Part shown: one piece after another, positions 10,346 to 23,936 of the stretch | Layout of the letters: each line of letters starts with the position of its first letter | Numbering within the stretch: position 1 is the stretch's first letter | Source: an uncultured Gemmatimonadaceae bacterium | Lineage (GTDB): Bacteria > Gemmatimonadota > Gemmatimonadetes > Gemmatimonadales > Gemmatimonadaceae | Assembly (NCBI GenBank): GCA_963716745.1 | Contig: OY970320.1 | Location: 96,001-160,000 of the forward strand | Direction: 5' to 3' | DNA: 64,000 bases | Translations under genes and position numbers: made by a program | Notes under the pieces: model-generated | What the model was told of the DNA's origin: nothing | The model's database searches: none | What the model saw: the letters and a program-made list of their open reading frames with translations, nothing else

Positions 10346-11136
10346 CCGCCGAGGCACGAGGCACGATGCCCGATGCACGCCTCCCTCTCGGCGTCCGCCT
10401 CGCCGTCTTGACCCGTCTCCTCGCCATCCAATCCTCTTGGAACTACGAGACTCTGATCGGCAACGGCATCGCCTTCGCGCTCGAACCCGCGTTGCGCCGC
10501 CTCCCCGGCGGTCCGCAGGGCGACGCATATCGTTCGGCGATGGCGCGGGAGGCGCGCTACTTCAACGCGCACCCGTATCTGGCCGGGCTCGCGGTGGGCG
10601 CGTTGGCTCGTGCCGAACTGGACGCCACGCCGCCGGAAACGATCGAGCGTTTCCGCAACGCGCTCGTCGGACCCCTCGGGAGTGTCGGGGATCAACTGTT
10701 CTGGGCCGGGTGGCTCCCGTGCTGTGCGATGATCGCGCTCCTCGCCTACGGATCGGGCGCATCCACGCTTTTCGTCGTGATGCTCTTCCTCGGAGCGTAC
10801 AACGCGGGCCATATTGCAATGCGCATTTGGGGGCTCGACGCCGGATTCCGATCCGGTCTTCGCGTTGCCGGTGCGCTCGCGCATCCGGTGTTGCGCGAGG
10901 GTCCGCGGCGGATCGCTGCGGCGACGCTGGTGATCGCGGGATTCGCACTGCCGCTCGCGGCGGCGCGGATCATCGGTTCGGGCGCTCCGCTGGGTTCGAC
11001 CGGGTTGCGCTGGCTGATCGCGGCGGGCGCGGCCGTGATGTCCGTCGCACTCGTGCGGCTGCGTGGACGGGTGGAAGGCTGGAAGCTCGCGTTCGGTGTC
11101 CTCGTGCTCCTCGTCATCTACTCCGTGCTGCGATGA
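10342..11136 (+). CDS. PTS mannose-family EIID
   Basis: QSSWNYE, YFNAHPY, GPLGSVGDQLFW. Confidence 0.92.
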   Translation: MTAEARGTMPDARLPLGVRLAVLTRLLAIQSSWNYETLIGNGIAFALEPALRRLPGGPQGDAYRSAMAREARYFNAHPYLAGLAVGALARAELDATPPETIERFRNALVGPLGSVGDQLFWAGWLPCCAMIALLAYGSGASTLFVVMLFLGAYNAGHIAMRIWGLDAGFRSGLRVAGALAHPVLREGPRRIAAATLVIAGFALPLAAARIIGSGAPLGSTGLRWLIAAGAAVMSVALVRLRGRVEGWKLAFGVLVLLVIYSVLR

Positions 11137-11401
11137 CCGCCGAGCGCGTCGTGACGATCGTGAATGAGAATGGCCTCCACGCGCGACCGGCGGCCGAAGT
11201 GGTGAAGGTCGCCGGGAGATTCAAATGCGAGATCACCATGGTCCGTGACGAGCTCGAAGTGAATGCGAAGAGCATCATGGGCGTGATGATGCTCGCGGCC
11301 GAATGCGGCGCGCAGTTGACGATCCGCGCCGACGGACCGGACGCGCAGGAGGCGGTGGATGCGCTCGCCGCGCTCATCGCGAACAAGTTCGGGGAGAGGA
11401 A

Positions 11402-11405
<4 letters not shown>
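11133..11405 (+). CDS. ptsH: Phosphocarrier protein HPr
   Basis: GLHARPA (His15), NAKSIMGVM (Ser46). Confidence 0.97.
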
Positions 11406-14617
<3,212 letters not shown>

Positions 14618-14638
14618 TCGGGCTTGGGAGGCGCGGGT

Positions 14639-15172
14639 ATGGTGGAAGTCACCGTGATGCGACTCGGGCTGGATAGCACGTCCAACTCCTACGTGGTGAT
14701 CCTGCAGGAGAAGGACGGCGAGCGCCTGCTCCCGATCTGGATCGGGCAGCCCGAGGCCGAGTCGATCGGCATGGAGCTGCAGAAGATCAAGCCGCCGCGC
14801 CCGCTCACGCACGATCTGTGCAAGCGCCTCATCACCGGCCTCGGCGCTACGCTGCGCCGCATCCAGATCACGCGCGTCGAGGAGAACACGTACTACGCGG
14901 AGTTGCAGCTGCAGCTGGGTGACCGCATGGTGCAGGTGGACGCGCGGCCGTCCGACAGCATCGCGCTCGCGCTGCGATTCGCGGCGCCGATCTTCGCGCA
15001 GGAGTCGCTCCTCACCGAGGTCGAAGTGGAGGAGAGCGCCGAGGAGCCGGAGGGGCCGAACTTCTCGGTCGAGGGGCCGGCCCTCGGCGAGAGCCGCGAT
15101 CTGTCGGCCGAGGCGCTCAAGGAGTATCTGGAGAAGATGCGGCCGGAGGATTTCGGGAAATTCAAGCTGTGA
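14639..15172 (+). CDS. Bifunctional nuclease family protein (DUF151)
   Basis: LPIWIGQPEA, PRPLTHDL, DARPSDSIALA. Confidence 0.92.
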   Translation: MVEVTVMRLGLDSTSNSYVVILQEKDGERLLPIWIGQPEAESIGMELQKIKPPRPLTHDLCKRLITGLGATLRRIQITRVEENTYYAELQLQLGDRMVQVDARPSDSIALALRFAAPIFAQESLLTEVEVEESAEEPEGPNFSVEGPALGESRDLSAEALKEYLEKMRPEDFGKFKL

Positions 15173-16131
15173 TCGCGGCGCGCATCGCGCCGGCGGCCGC
15201 GCTCGCGCTGTGGTTGGGGCAGGGCGGCGGTGTGAACGAAGCGCGGGTGGTGGAGGGCCGCGTTACGCGCCCCGTCGCCGTGCAGAGCGCCGCGGTCCCT
15301 GTTGCCGGCGCGTGGGTCGTGTTGCATCGCGTGGGATCCGACACGGCGCATCCGCTCGATTCGGTGCGCACTGACGCGAACGGCCGGTACCGGGTCGCCT
15401 ATCGTGCGTTCGGCGTGGCCGACGCGGTGTATTTCGTGGCGGTGCGCCACGACGGCGTCGCGTATTTTTCCGCGCCGCTCGAGGGTGCGCGCGTCACCGG
15501 CGCCGACGCGGCGATCACCGTGTACGACACGTCGTCCGCGGGCGAACCGCTGCACGAGCGCGGGCGCCATGTGGTCGTTTTCGCCCCTGGCGCGGACGGC
15601 ACGCGCAAAGTGGTGGAGGTGTACGAGCTGGAGAATACCGGCATCACCACGCGCGTCGCGGCCGGCTTCGCCGATCCCGTGTGGCGCGCGGCGATCCCCG
15701 AGGCGGCGTCGGGTTTCCAAGCGGGTGAGAGCGACGTGTCGGCGGCATCGATCATCGGCGGAGGCGGGAAGGTGGATGTGTTCGCGCCGGTCGCGCCGGG
15801 ACTCAAACAAGTCACGTTCCAATATTCGCTCCCGTCGGGCGCGTTCCCGCTCACGCTGCCGCCGGCGCGCGACAGTCTGGTGTTCGAGGTCCTGCTCGAA
15901 GAGCCCGGTGCGGTGGCGGCGGGCGCCGGGCTCAAGCGCACTGACAGCGTGACCGTGAACGGTCATCATCTCTCGCGTTGGTTGTCGCCGAATGCGCCGC
16001 GCAATGCGGTCGCGACCATTGGCGGGGTGCCGCATCGCGATCGCATGACGTTCGCGGTGACGGGCCTCGTGATCGCGATGGGCGGTGCAATGCTCGCCGC
16101 GCTCATCATCGGACGCCGCCGCGGCGGTTGA
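15169..16131 (+). CDS. Exported protein with N-terminal carboxypeptidase-regulatory-like domain and C-terminal membrane anchor
   Basis: PVAGAWVVL...RTDANGRY; C-terminal TM helix followed by RRRGG. Confidence 0.65.
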   Translation: MIAARIAPAAALALWLGQGGGVNEARVVEGRVTRPVAVQSAAVPVAGAWVVLHRVGSDTAHPLDSVRTDANGRYRVAYRAFGVADAVYFVAVRHDGVAYFSAPLEGARVTGADAAITVYDTSSAGEPLHERGRHVVVFAPGADGTRKVVEVYELENTGITTRVAAGFADPVWRAAIPEAASGFQAGESDVSAASIIGGGGKVDVFAPVAPGLKQVTFQYSLPSGAFPLTLPPARDSLVFEVLLEEPGAVAAGAGLKRTDSVTVNGHHLSRWLSPNAPRNAVATIGGVPHRDRMTFAVTGLVIAMGGAMLAALIIGRRRGG

Positions 16132-16169
16132 CGCGCGCCGCGAGCCGCGGTAGCTTCGACGCACAATCG

Positions 16170-16312
16170 AATTGCGGATGCGGGTCCCGGAAGCCGGTGT
16201 GAATCCGGCGCGGTCCCGCCACTGTAACGGGCACATGAGTGCGCTCACCACGCCACTGGCCAGACAGGCTGGGAAGGCGGGCGCGCTGCCCGAAGCCAGG
16301 AGACGCCTCGCG
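16170..16312 (+). promoter_or_regulatory. Cobalamin (B12) riboswitch
   Basis: GGAAGCCGGTGTGAATCCGG, CGGTCCCGCCACTGT, GCCACTG...GGGAAGGC and AGCCAGGAGAC B12 box, upstream of a B12 transport operon; ends approximate. Confidence 0.93.
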
Positions 16313-16386
16313 TCCGCGCCACGAACTCAGTCCCTCGGAGAAAGGGCTGGTGGCCGCGCGAGCCGTTCCACTCGCGCGTGCACCCG

Positions 16387-16418
16387 GACACCGCTCCGAA
16401 CTGGAGGGTGTCTTTTTT
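16387..16418 (+). terminator. Riboswitch expression-platform hairpin with U-tract
   Basis: GACACC-G-CTCC/GGAG-GGTGTC followed by TTTTTT. Confidence 0.7.
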
Positions 16419-17301
16419 GTTGCTCCGCCGTGCCGCCGTGCTCGTGCTCTGCGTCGTCGCCGCATGCCGCTCGCATGACGAGGCCGCGCCCAGCGCGCTC
16501 ACTGATGATTTCGGTGCGACGATCGCGCGCGGTTCGGCCGGCCATCCCGCGCGCATCGTCTCGCTGAGCCCCGCCACCACGGAGCTGCTGTTCGCGATCG
16601 GCGCGGGCCCTCGCCTCGTGGGCCGCACCACGTGGGACACGTATCCCGCCGAAGCGCGCGCCGTGCCCGACGTCGGCGCCGGACTCCGGCCGAATGTCGA
16701 AGCGGTGCTCGCGCGCCGGCCGGATCTCGTGGTGTTGTATGCGAGCGCGGATAACCGCGCCGCCGACGCGCAACTGCGCGCGGCGGGCGTTCCCGTGATC
16801 TCGCTCAAGATCGACCGCATCGCGGCCTTCCGCCGCGCCGCGATGCTGCTCGGGCTCGCCACCGGCGACAGCGCGCAGGCGGCGATGGTGGTCGACTCCG
16901 TGCAGCGCACGCTCGATCGCGTGCGCGCGGCCACGAGCGGCCTCGAGCGGCCGACGGTCTTCTGGCACGTCTGGGACGCGCCCATTTACACCATTGGCGC
17001 GGGCAGCTACCTCAATGAACTCCTCAACATCGCCGGCGCGAAGAACGTGTACGCCGACATCCTCGCGCCCTCGCCGCAAGTGTCGCTCGAGGACATCGTG
17101 CGACGCGATCCGCGTTTCATCCTCGCGGGCCCCGAGGGTGCCGCGCATATCCGTGCGAACGAGGAATGGCAGGGCGTGCGCGCTGTGCGCGAGCATCGCG
17201 TGCTGGTCGTCGACACGATGCTCGTCGGCCGCCCCTCGGTGCGCCTGGGCGAGGCGGCGCTGAGTCTCGCCAAGCTGCTCCATCCCGGCGCCATCAAGTG
17301 A
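16417..17301 (+). CDS. btuF: Cobalamin ABC transporter substrate-binding lipoprotein
   Basis: Lipobox VAAC; RIVSLSPATTELLFAIG, PNVEAVL, RPSVR; start TTG 16417 chosen by RBS spacing (GTG 16408 is an alternative). Confidence 0.85.
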   Translation: MLLRRAAVLVLCVVAACRSHDEAAPSALTDDFGATIARGSAGHPARIVSLSPATTELLFAIGAGPRLVGRTTWDTYPAEARAVPDVGAGLRPNVEAVLARRPDLVVLYASADNRAADAQLRAAGVPVISLKIDRIAAFRRAAMLLGLATGDSAQAAMVVDSVQRTLDRVRAATSGLERPTVFWHVWDAPIYTIGAGSYLNELLNIAGAKNVYADILAPSPQVSLEDIVRRDPRFILAGPEGAAHIRANEEWQGVRAVREHRVLVVDTMLVGRPSVRLGEAALSLAKLLHPGAIK

Positions 17302-18275
17302 CGCGCGCCGGCTGGTGGTTCGCGGCCGCGGCCGCGCTCACGCTCCTCGCGCTCGTCGCCATCTCGTACGGATCGGTCGCGCTCCCCCTCGGCGACGTCG
17401 CGCGCGCGCTCGCGGGGCAGGGCAACGCGGAGACGGTGTCGATCGTGCGCGGGCTCAGGCTGCCGCGCGTCGCGCTCGCGCTGCTCGTGGGCGCGGGGCT
17501 GGGCATGGCGGGCGCCGCGCTCCAAGGGTCGCTGCGCAACGCGCTGGCCGAGCCGTATCTCCTCGGTGTTTCGGGTGGCGCTGCGGTGGGCGCGGTGATC
17601 GCGGTGGCGGTCGGCTTCAGCGGCGCGGGTGCGCTCCCCCTCGCCGCGTTCGCCGGCGCCGCGCTCGCGATCGGGGCGGCGTTGCTCGTCTCGCGCGCCG
17701 CGGGTGGCCGTGCCGACGCGCGCGCGCTGCTCATGGCCGGCGTGATCATCGGCGCCTTCGCGAACGCGGCGATCATGGCGCTCCTGGCGAACGCGCCACC
17801 GAACGAGGTGCGCGGCGCGCTCTGGTGGATGATGGGATCGGTGGCCGACGCCGAGTGGCCTCGTGTGCGGTGGCTCGCAGTGTACGTGTTGCTCGCGGGC
17901 GGTGCGCTCATCTGGTTCGCGCGCGACATCGACGTGCTCGCGCTCGGCGAGGAACCGGCTGCCGGCCTCGGCGTGGATGTCGATCGCGCCGGCCGCCGGA
18001 TCTATCTCGTGAGCTCGCTGCTGGCCGCCGCGACCGTGGCCGCGGCGGGCCTCGTCGGATTCGTGGGACTCGTGGTGCCGCATCTCGTGCGCGGCGCGGG
18101 CGTGCGCCGCCACCGTCCGCTCATCGCCGGCGCCGCGCTCGCCGGCGCGGCGCTCGTCGTCGCGGCCGATCTCGCGGCGCGCACCGTGCGCGCGCCCGCC
18201 GAACTGCCGCTCGGCGCCGTCACGGCGCTCATCGGCGTCCCATTCTTCCTCGTGCAGCTGCGGCGGTTCGCATGA
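17298..18275 (+). CDS. btuC: Cobalamin/iron-chelate ABC permease (FecCD/BtuC)
   Basis: LRLPRV, RNALAEPYLLGVSGGA, GFVGLVVPH, ELPLGAVTALIG. Confidence 0.9.
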   Translation: MTRAGWWFAAAAALTLLALVAISYGSVALPLGDVARALAGQGNAETVSIVRGLRLPRVALALLVGAGLGMAGAALQGSLRNALAEPYLLGVSGGAAVGAVIAVAVGFSGAGALPLAAFAGAALAIGAALLVSRAAGGRADARALLMAGVIIGAFANAAIMALLANAPPNEVRGALWWMMGSVADAEWPRVRWLAVYVLLAGGALIWFARDIDVLALGEEPAAGLGVDVDRAGRRIYLVSSLLAAATVAAAGLVGFVGLVVPHLVRGAGVRRHRPLIAGAALAGAALVVAADLAARTVRAPAELPLGAVTALIGVPFFLVQLRRFA

Positions 18276-19063
18276 TCGCCTTCGAGCATGCCGTCATCCG
18301 CTATCCGCATGCGCGCGTGAATGCGGTGGACGACGTCACCTTCCGCGCGCTGCCCGGCACACTCACCGCGGTGTGCGGCCCGAACGGCAGCGGCAAGAGC
18401 ACGCTCATCCGCGCGCTGCTGCGCCTGGAGCCGCTCGCCGGCGGCGGCGTGAACATCGAGGGCGAGCCGCTCGAGCGGTTCGACCGCCGTGCGCTTGCCC
18501 GGCGCGTCGCGATCGTGCCGCAGCGCGAGGCGCTCGTCTTCCCGCTGCCCGTGCGCGAGTATGTCGCTTTCGGGCGCTATCCGCACGAGGGTCCATGGCG
18601 CGCCGCGGCCGCTGAGGATGAGCGCGCGGTCGATCGCGCGCTCTCGCTCGCCGGCGTCTCGGAGTTCGCCGCGCGCAGCACGCTCGAACTGAGTGGCGGG
18701 GAATGGCAGCGCGTGCGCATCGCGCGCGCGCTCGCGCAGGGCGGTCGCGCGCTCGTGCTCGACGAGCCCACCACCTTCCTCGATGTCGCGCATGAGATGG
18801 CGATGTTCGAGCTGTTCGCGCGCCTCGCCCGCGACGGGATGGCCGTGCTGCTCGTGAGCCATCAGCTGAATCTCGTCGCCCGCTTCGCCGACCTCATCGT
18901 GCTGCTGCACGGCGGGCAGGTCGCCGCCGCGGGTGCGCCCGCCGCCGTCATGCGCGGCGATGTCCTGGAACGAGTCTACGACTGGCCGCTCGTCATTACC
19001 CGCGATCCCGCGGTCGGCGCTCCGGCGCTCGTGCCGCTCCGCCGCCCGCCAACGCACTCCTGA
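18272..19063 (+). CDS. btuD: Cobalamin/iron-chelate ABC ATPase
   Basis: GPNGSGKST, LSGGEWQR, LDEPT, SH. Confidence 0.9.
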   Translation: MIAFEHAVIRYPHARVNAVDDVTFRALPGTLTAVCGPNGSGKSTLIRALLRLEPLAGGGVNIEGEPLERFDRRALARRVAIVPQREALVFPLPVREYVAFGRYPHEGPWRAAAAEDERAVDRALSLAGVSEFAARSTLELSGGEWQRVRIARALAQGGRALVLDEPTTFLDVAHEMAMFELFARLARDGMAVLLVSHQLNLVARFADLIVLLHGGQVAAAGAPAAVMRGDVLERVYDWPLVITRDPAVGAPALVPLRRPPTHS

Positions 19064-19078
19064 CCAAGTGAGCATCCT

Positions 19079-21053
19079 GTGATCCGTCGCCTCGCATCGT
19101 GTGTCCTGCTCGCCCTCGCCTCTGCCGCCGGCGCGCTGCGTGCGCAGAACTCGGTCTTCCAGCCGCCTTCGAAGGACACGGCGGTGCTCCGTTCGGTGGT
19201 GGTCACTGCGACGCGCGACTCCGTGACGCAGGTTGCGCCTACCGCATCCACGACCGTCATTTCGGGCGAAGAGTTGCGCGCGGAGGGGATCATTTCGCTC
19301 GCGCAGGCGCTCAGCGTGATCTCGAGCATGACCACCGTGCAGGCCGGTTCCTTCGGCGCCACCACGTCGCTCTTCACGCGCGGCGGCCAGAGCAACTACA
19401 CGCTCATCATGGTGGACGGTTCACCCGTGAACGATCCGGGCGGCTTCGCCGATCTCGCGAACCTCACCACCGACAACATCGACCGCATCGAGATCCTGCG
19501 CGGACCCGGCAGCGTGCTCTATGGCTCCAACGCGATCAGCGGTGTCATCCAGATCTTCACGCGGCGCCGCACCACCGCCGATTTCGCCAACGTCGTGGCG
19601 AGCGGCGGCAGCTACGGCACGCGCGACTACCAGCTCGGCGGCGGGTTCGGCAAGGAGACGATCTCGGCGTCGCTCGAATGCGTCGCGCTCGAACACGAAT
19701 GGGATCTACTCGTTCAACAACGCCGCGAAGAACAATGTGTACAGCGGCGTCATCCATTTCGGGAGCCCGGGGAGCGCGCACCTGGACATCGCCGGCCGGC
19801 AGAATCGCTCCGTGTACAATTTCCCCACCGACTTCACGGGCGCGCAGGTCGACAGCAGCCAGTGGACCACCAGCCGGCTGACCGTCGCCTCCGTCGACGG
19901 CGGCTTCTATATGGGAAAGAAAGTCGAATTCCGCGTGCTGGCGGCCGGCACGCAGAACCAGAGCACGTCGCAAAGGCTCCAGGAGAGCGGCGCCGATACG
20001 GTCGGCGTCTTCTATGTCGACCCCAGCACCACCAAGCAGTGGAGCATCGACGCGCGGCTCGCCATCCACGCGAATGCCTCGACCGCGATCACGCTGGGCG
20101 GCGAGTACGACGATCAGCAGATCAAGAGCTCCGATTCCAGCTTCTCGTCGGACTTCAACGACACCTCGTCGTTCGCGCACTCCCGCACGAACACGGCGTA
20201 CTACGCCAACGCCACGGGCGACATTGGGTCCAAGTTCTCGTACAACGCCGGCATCCGCATCACGAACAGCGATCTCTTCGGCACGAATACGAGCTATCGC
20301 GTGGGCGCCGGCTACGTGTTGCTGCCCAAGACCATCATCCGCGGCTCCATTGGCAGCGCGTTCAACGAGCCGTCGTTCTACGAGCAGTATTCCACGGGCT
20401 TCACGACCGGAAATCCCGATCTCAAGCCCGAGACCGGCATGTCGTGGGAGATCGGATTGCAGCAGTCGATCTCCGATGGCCGCGGCGTGATGGGCGTCAC
20501 GTACTTCTCGCAGAAGTTCACGAACATGATCCAGTACGATCCGGGCGTGCCGTTCGGCGATCCGAACTATTCGAACATCGCGAAGGCCGACGCGAGCGGC
20601 ATCGAGGCCGAGCTGCGGCTGGCAGTGTCGAAGCAGTGGTTCCTCGACTTCGCGTACACGTGGCTCGAGACGAAGGTCGTGGACGCGCTCTCGAGCGGCG
20701 ATCCCGGCGCCACGCTCATCCAGGGCCAGGCGCTGCTGCGCCGGCCGGCGAACGCGGGCAGCGTGAGCCTCAGCTACGACATGGCGAAGAAGCTCTACGT
20801 GAACGTGCAAGGGCAGTACGTCGGCAGCCGCGCGGACGTCGATTTCAGTACCGATGAGCGCGTGACGCTCCCGTCATATTTCCTTCTGAACGCGGGCATG
20901 CTGCTCACCCTCAAGTCCGACGCCGACGGCCGCTTCATCGGCATCACCGCGCGCGCGAATAACATCTTCAACCACGGCTACCAGCAGACTGTCGGCTTCG
21001 CCGCGCCGGGACGCACGCTGCTGATTGGGATCAGACTGGGAGTCGGCTACTAA
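19079..21053 (+). CDS. btuB: TonB-dependent receptor, probable B12 receptor; frameshift near 19680
   Basis: Signal peptide, VVVTATR, plug IEILRGPGSVLYGS; C-half GNPDLKPE, NNIFN...PGRT; riboswitch-controlled operon. Confidence 0.85.
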
Positions 21054-21067
21054 CGCCCCTGTAGTTC

Positions 21068-21155
21068 AAATCCTGTCAATCATGTTAATCCTGTCCAATG
21101 CCGTTCACTGGCCTCAAGAAAGGCTTTGACAGGATTAACACGATTGACATGATTT
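21068..21155. repeat. Intergenic 28-bp inverted repeat built from 9-nt AATCCTGT-like units
   Basis: AAATCCTGTCAATCATGTTAATCCTGTC (21068-21095) vs GACAGGATTAACACGATTGACATGATTT (21128-21155), 2 mismatches. Confidence 0.85.
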
Positions 21156-21189
21156 GGGGACTCATCGCTCCGGCGGTTATCTTGCTCTG

Positions 21190-21954
21190 ATGCCGCTTCT
21201 CGAGACCGACGCGATCGTCCTCCACGCCTTCGACTATTCGGAGACCAGTCGCATCCTCCGGCTCGCGACGCGCGACGCGGGGGTGCAGTCGGTGCTCGCG
21301 CGCGGCGCGCGGCGCTCCAAGAGCCGCTTCGGCAGCGCCGTGGACCTCTTCGCGCAGGGCCACGCCGAGCTGCATCTGCGCGAGGGCCGCGACCTGCAAA
21401 CGCTCAGCGCTTTTGACGTCACTCAGGCGCGCGCGGCGATCGCCAATGACCTCGGTCGCTTCACGGGCGCCAGCGCCATCGCCGAAATTGTGATGCGATT
21501 CGCCGCGGCCGACGACTCGCACGTCTCGCTCTTCGATGCATTAGGCCTCGCGCTCGATCGCGTGGCGAGCGCACCCGCGGAGCAGGCGAGCGAGGCCGCG
21601 CTCGGCGGCGCATGGCGTCTCCTTGCCGAGCTGGGGTTCGCGCCCCAGCTCGCCGAGTGCAGCGCGTGCCACACGCCGCTCGATCCCGCTGCCACCGTCG
21701 CATTCCAGCATGCCCTCGGCGGTGCGCTCTGCGCGTCGTGCGCCGCGCGGAACCCGGGCGGCCGCAGTCTCCCGGCCGCCGACCGCGCGCGCATCGCCGC
21801 GTGGACCGTGGGCAGCAGCACCTCCGCGCTCTCGCCGCGCGAGGCCCAGGCACACCAGCGTCTCCTGCGCGAATTCGTCGAATACCATCTCTCGGACAAT
21901 CGCGCTCTGCGGGCCTTCGCGGCGTGGGAGCATGGACACTGGGACGCTCCGTGA
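21190..21954 (+). CDS. recO: DNA repair protein RecO
   Basis: DAIVL...YSETSRIL, ARGARRSKSRF, LGFAP, CxxC...CxxC zinc finger. Confidence 0.93.
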   Translation: MPLLETDAIVLHAFDYSETSRILRLATRDAGVQSVLARGARRSKSRFGSAVDLFAQGHAELHLREGRDLQTLSAFDVTQARAAIANDLGRFTGASAIAEIVMRFAAADDSHVSLFDALGLALDRVASAPAEQASEAALGGAWRLLAELGFAPQLAECSACHTPLDPAATVAFQHALGGALCASCAARNPGGRSLPAADRARIAAWTVGSSTSALSPREAQAHQRLLREFVEYHLSDNRALRAFAAWEHGHWDAP

Positions 21955-23789
21955 TCCTCGGCACCGCCGGCCACGTCGATCACGGCAAGACCGCACTCGT
22001 GAAAGCGCTCACCGGCGTCGATACCGACCGGCTCGCCGAAGAGAAACGCCGCGGGATCACGATCGAACTGGGCTTCGCGCCACTCGTCATCGACGATCTC
22101 ACGCTCGGCGTGGTGGATGTGCCGGGCCACGAGGCATTCGTGCGCAACATGCTTGCCGGCGCCACCGGCATCGACCTCGCGCTCCTCGTGGTCGCCGCCG
22201 ACGAGGGCGTGATGCCGCAGACGCGCGAGCATCTAGCCATCCTCTCGTTACTCGGAATTCGCGGCGGCGTGATCGCCCTCACGAAGTGCGATCTCGGCGA
22301 CGCCGACTGGCGCGCGCTCGTGGCCGACAATGTGCGTGCCGCGGTGCAGGGAACTCCGCTCGCGAACGCGCCGATCGTCGCCACATCCGTGTCGACTGGC
22401 GAAGGGCTCGACGCGCTGCGTGCCGCCATCGCACACGCCGCCGCCGCGCTTCCCGCGCATGACGCGTCGGACCTCTTCCGTCTCCCGATCGATCGCGCGT
22501 TCACCGTGAAGGGCACCGGCACGGTGGTCACCGGCACCGTGTGGAGCGGCACGCTGGAGCGCGAGGCCGTGGTGAGAGTGCTGCCGCTCGAGAAGGAGGC
22601 GCGCGTGCGCGGCATCGAGTCGCACGGCCGCGCGGCCGAGCGGGCGCTCCCCGGAACGCGTGCCGCGATCGCGCTGTCGGGCGTTGAGGTCGCAGAAGTC
22701 TCGCGCGGCATGACGCTCGTGGCCGGCGCGGCCTGGTCGCCGTCGCGCGTACTGCTCGCCGAGGTCGCGCTGCTCGAGAGCGCTCCGCGCGCGCTCGGCG
22801 CCCGCACCGCCGTGCGATTCCACTTGGGTACGCAGGAGGTCGGCGCGCGTGTGGTCTGTCCGGGCGGCAAGCTCGCGGTGGGCGCCTCGGCACAGGCTCG
22901 CATCATGCTCGATCGGCCCGTGGTCGCGCGCGCCGGCGACAGGTTCGTGCTGCGCGGCGGTTCGCCGCTCACGACGATCGGCGGCGGTGTCGTGAACGAT
23001 CCGGCGCCGCCCGGCCGGCGGGCGCGCCCGTGGCCCGCGAGCACGCTCGCGCCCGCCGCGCGTCTCGCGCACGCCGTGGAGACGGCAGGCGCGCGCGGCG
23101 TGCCGCTCGCGGAGCTTGCATTGCGCACCGGCGTCTCGCCGCCGGAGGCAGCCGCCCTCGCCCAGAGTCTCGATGCCTCGACGCTCGAGGTATCAGGCGC
23201 GATCTATTCCGCGAGTATCCTGGACGATCTCGACCGCCGCCTCATCGCGCTCGTCGACGCCCATCACACGAAGTTCCCGCTCGACGCCGGCGCGCAGCTG
23301 CAATCGATCCGCGCGAAACTCGCAGCCGCGGATGCATTGGTGGACCACGCGCTCACACGCCGCACGCGCGACCGCACGCTCCAGGTGGAAGGCGCGCTCA
23401 TCCGCCGCGCCGGCTTCCGTCCTAAGCTCAATGACAGCCAGTCCAGGCGGCGCAACGAGATCCTCGACGCGCTGCGCGCCGCCGGCCGCGAGCCGCCCAC
23501 GGTCAGCGAACTCGAATCTCGCCTGGGAAAGGGCCTGGCTCCCCTCATGCGCATGCTGGATCGGGAAGGTCTACTCGTGGCCGTCGAGCAAGACCGCTAC
23601 TACGCGAAGGAGGCGCTCGATACGCTCATCGGCCAATTGCGCGCCACCCTCGCGCCGGGTCAGGTTTACCCGCCGAGCGACCTTCGCACCTTGCTGGGTG
23701 TCTCAAGGAAGTACCTGATCCCGCTCCTGGAATACCTCGACCGCACCGGCATGACGCGCCGTCACGCCGACGGCCGCTCGCTCGTGTAG
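21951..23789 (+). CDS. selB: Selenocysteine-specific translation elongation factor
   Basis: GTAGHVDHGKT, EKRRGITIELGF, DVPGHE, TKCD; C-terminal SECIS-binding wing GVSRKYLIPLLEYLD. Confidence 0.96.
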   Translation: MILGTAGHVDHGKTALVKALTGVDTDRLAEEKRRGITIELGFAPLVIDDLTLGVVDVPGHEAFVRNMLAGATGIDLALLVVAADEGVMPQTREHLAILSLLGIRGGVIALTKCDLGDADWRALVADNVRAAVQGTPLANAPIVATSVSTGEGLDALRAAIAHAAAALPAHDASDLFRLPIDRAFTVKGTGTVVTGTVWSGTLEREAVVRVLPLEKEARVRGIESHGRAAERALPGTRAAIALSGVEVAEVSRGMTLVAGAAWSPSRVLLAEVALLESAPRALGARTAVRFHLGTQEVGARVVCPGGKLAVGASAQARIMLDRPVVARAGDRFVLRGGSPLTTIGGGVVNDPAPPGRRARPWPASTLAPAARLAHAVETAGARGVPLAELALRTGVSPPEAAALAQSLDASTLEVSGAIYSASILDDLDRRLIALVDAHHTKFPLDAGAQLQSIRAKLAAADALVDHALTRRTRDRTLQVEGALIRRAGFRPKLNDSQSRRRNEILDALRAAGREPPTVSELESRLGKGLAPLMRMLDREGLLVAVEQDRYYAKEALDTLIGQLRATLAPGQVYPPSDLRTLLGVSRKYLIPLLEYLDRTGMTRRHADGRSLV

Positions 23790-23936
23790 TTGTAGTGGCC
23801 GGCGACAGCCCACAGCCGACAGCCCGTGTCCGATTTTCTTGACGTTTGTACCTCGCCCCCCTATGTTCGCCGCCAAACACACCCTGTATCGCGGAGCAGC
23901 GGAAAGGTCCCTATCCCGTCAGTCCGGAGAAGGCAC

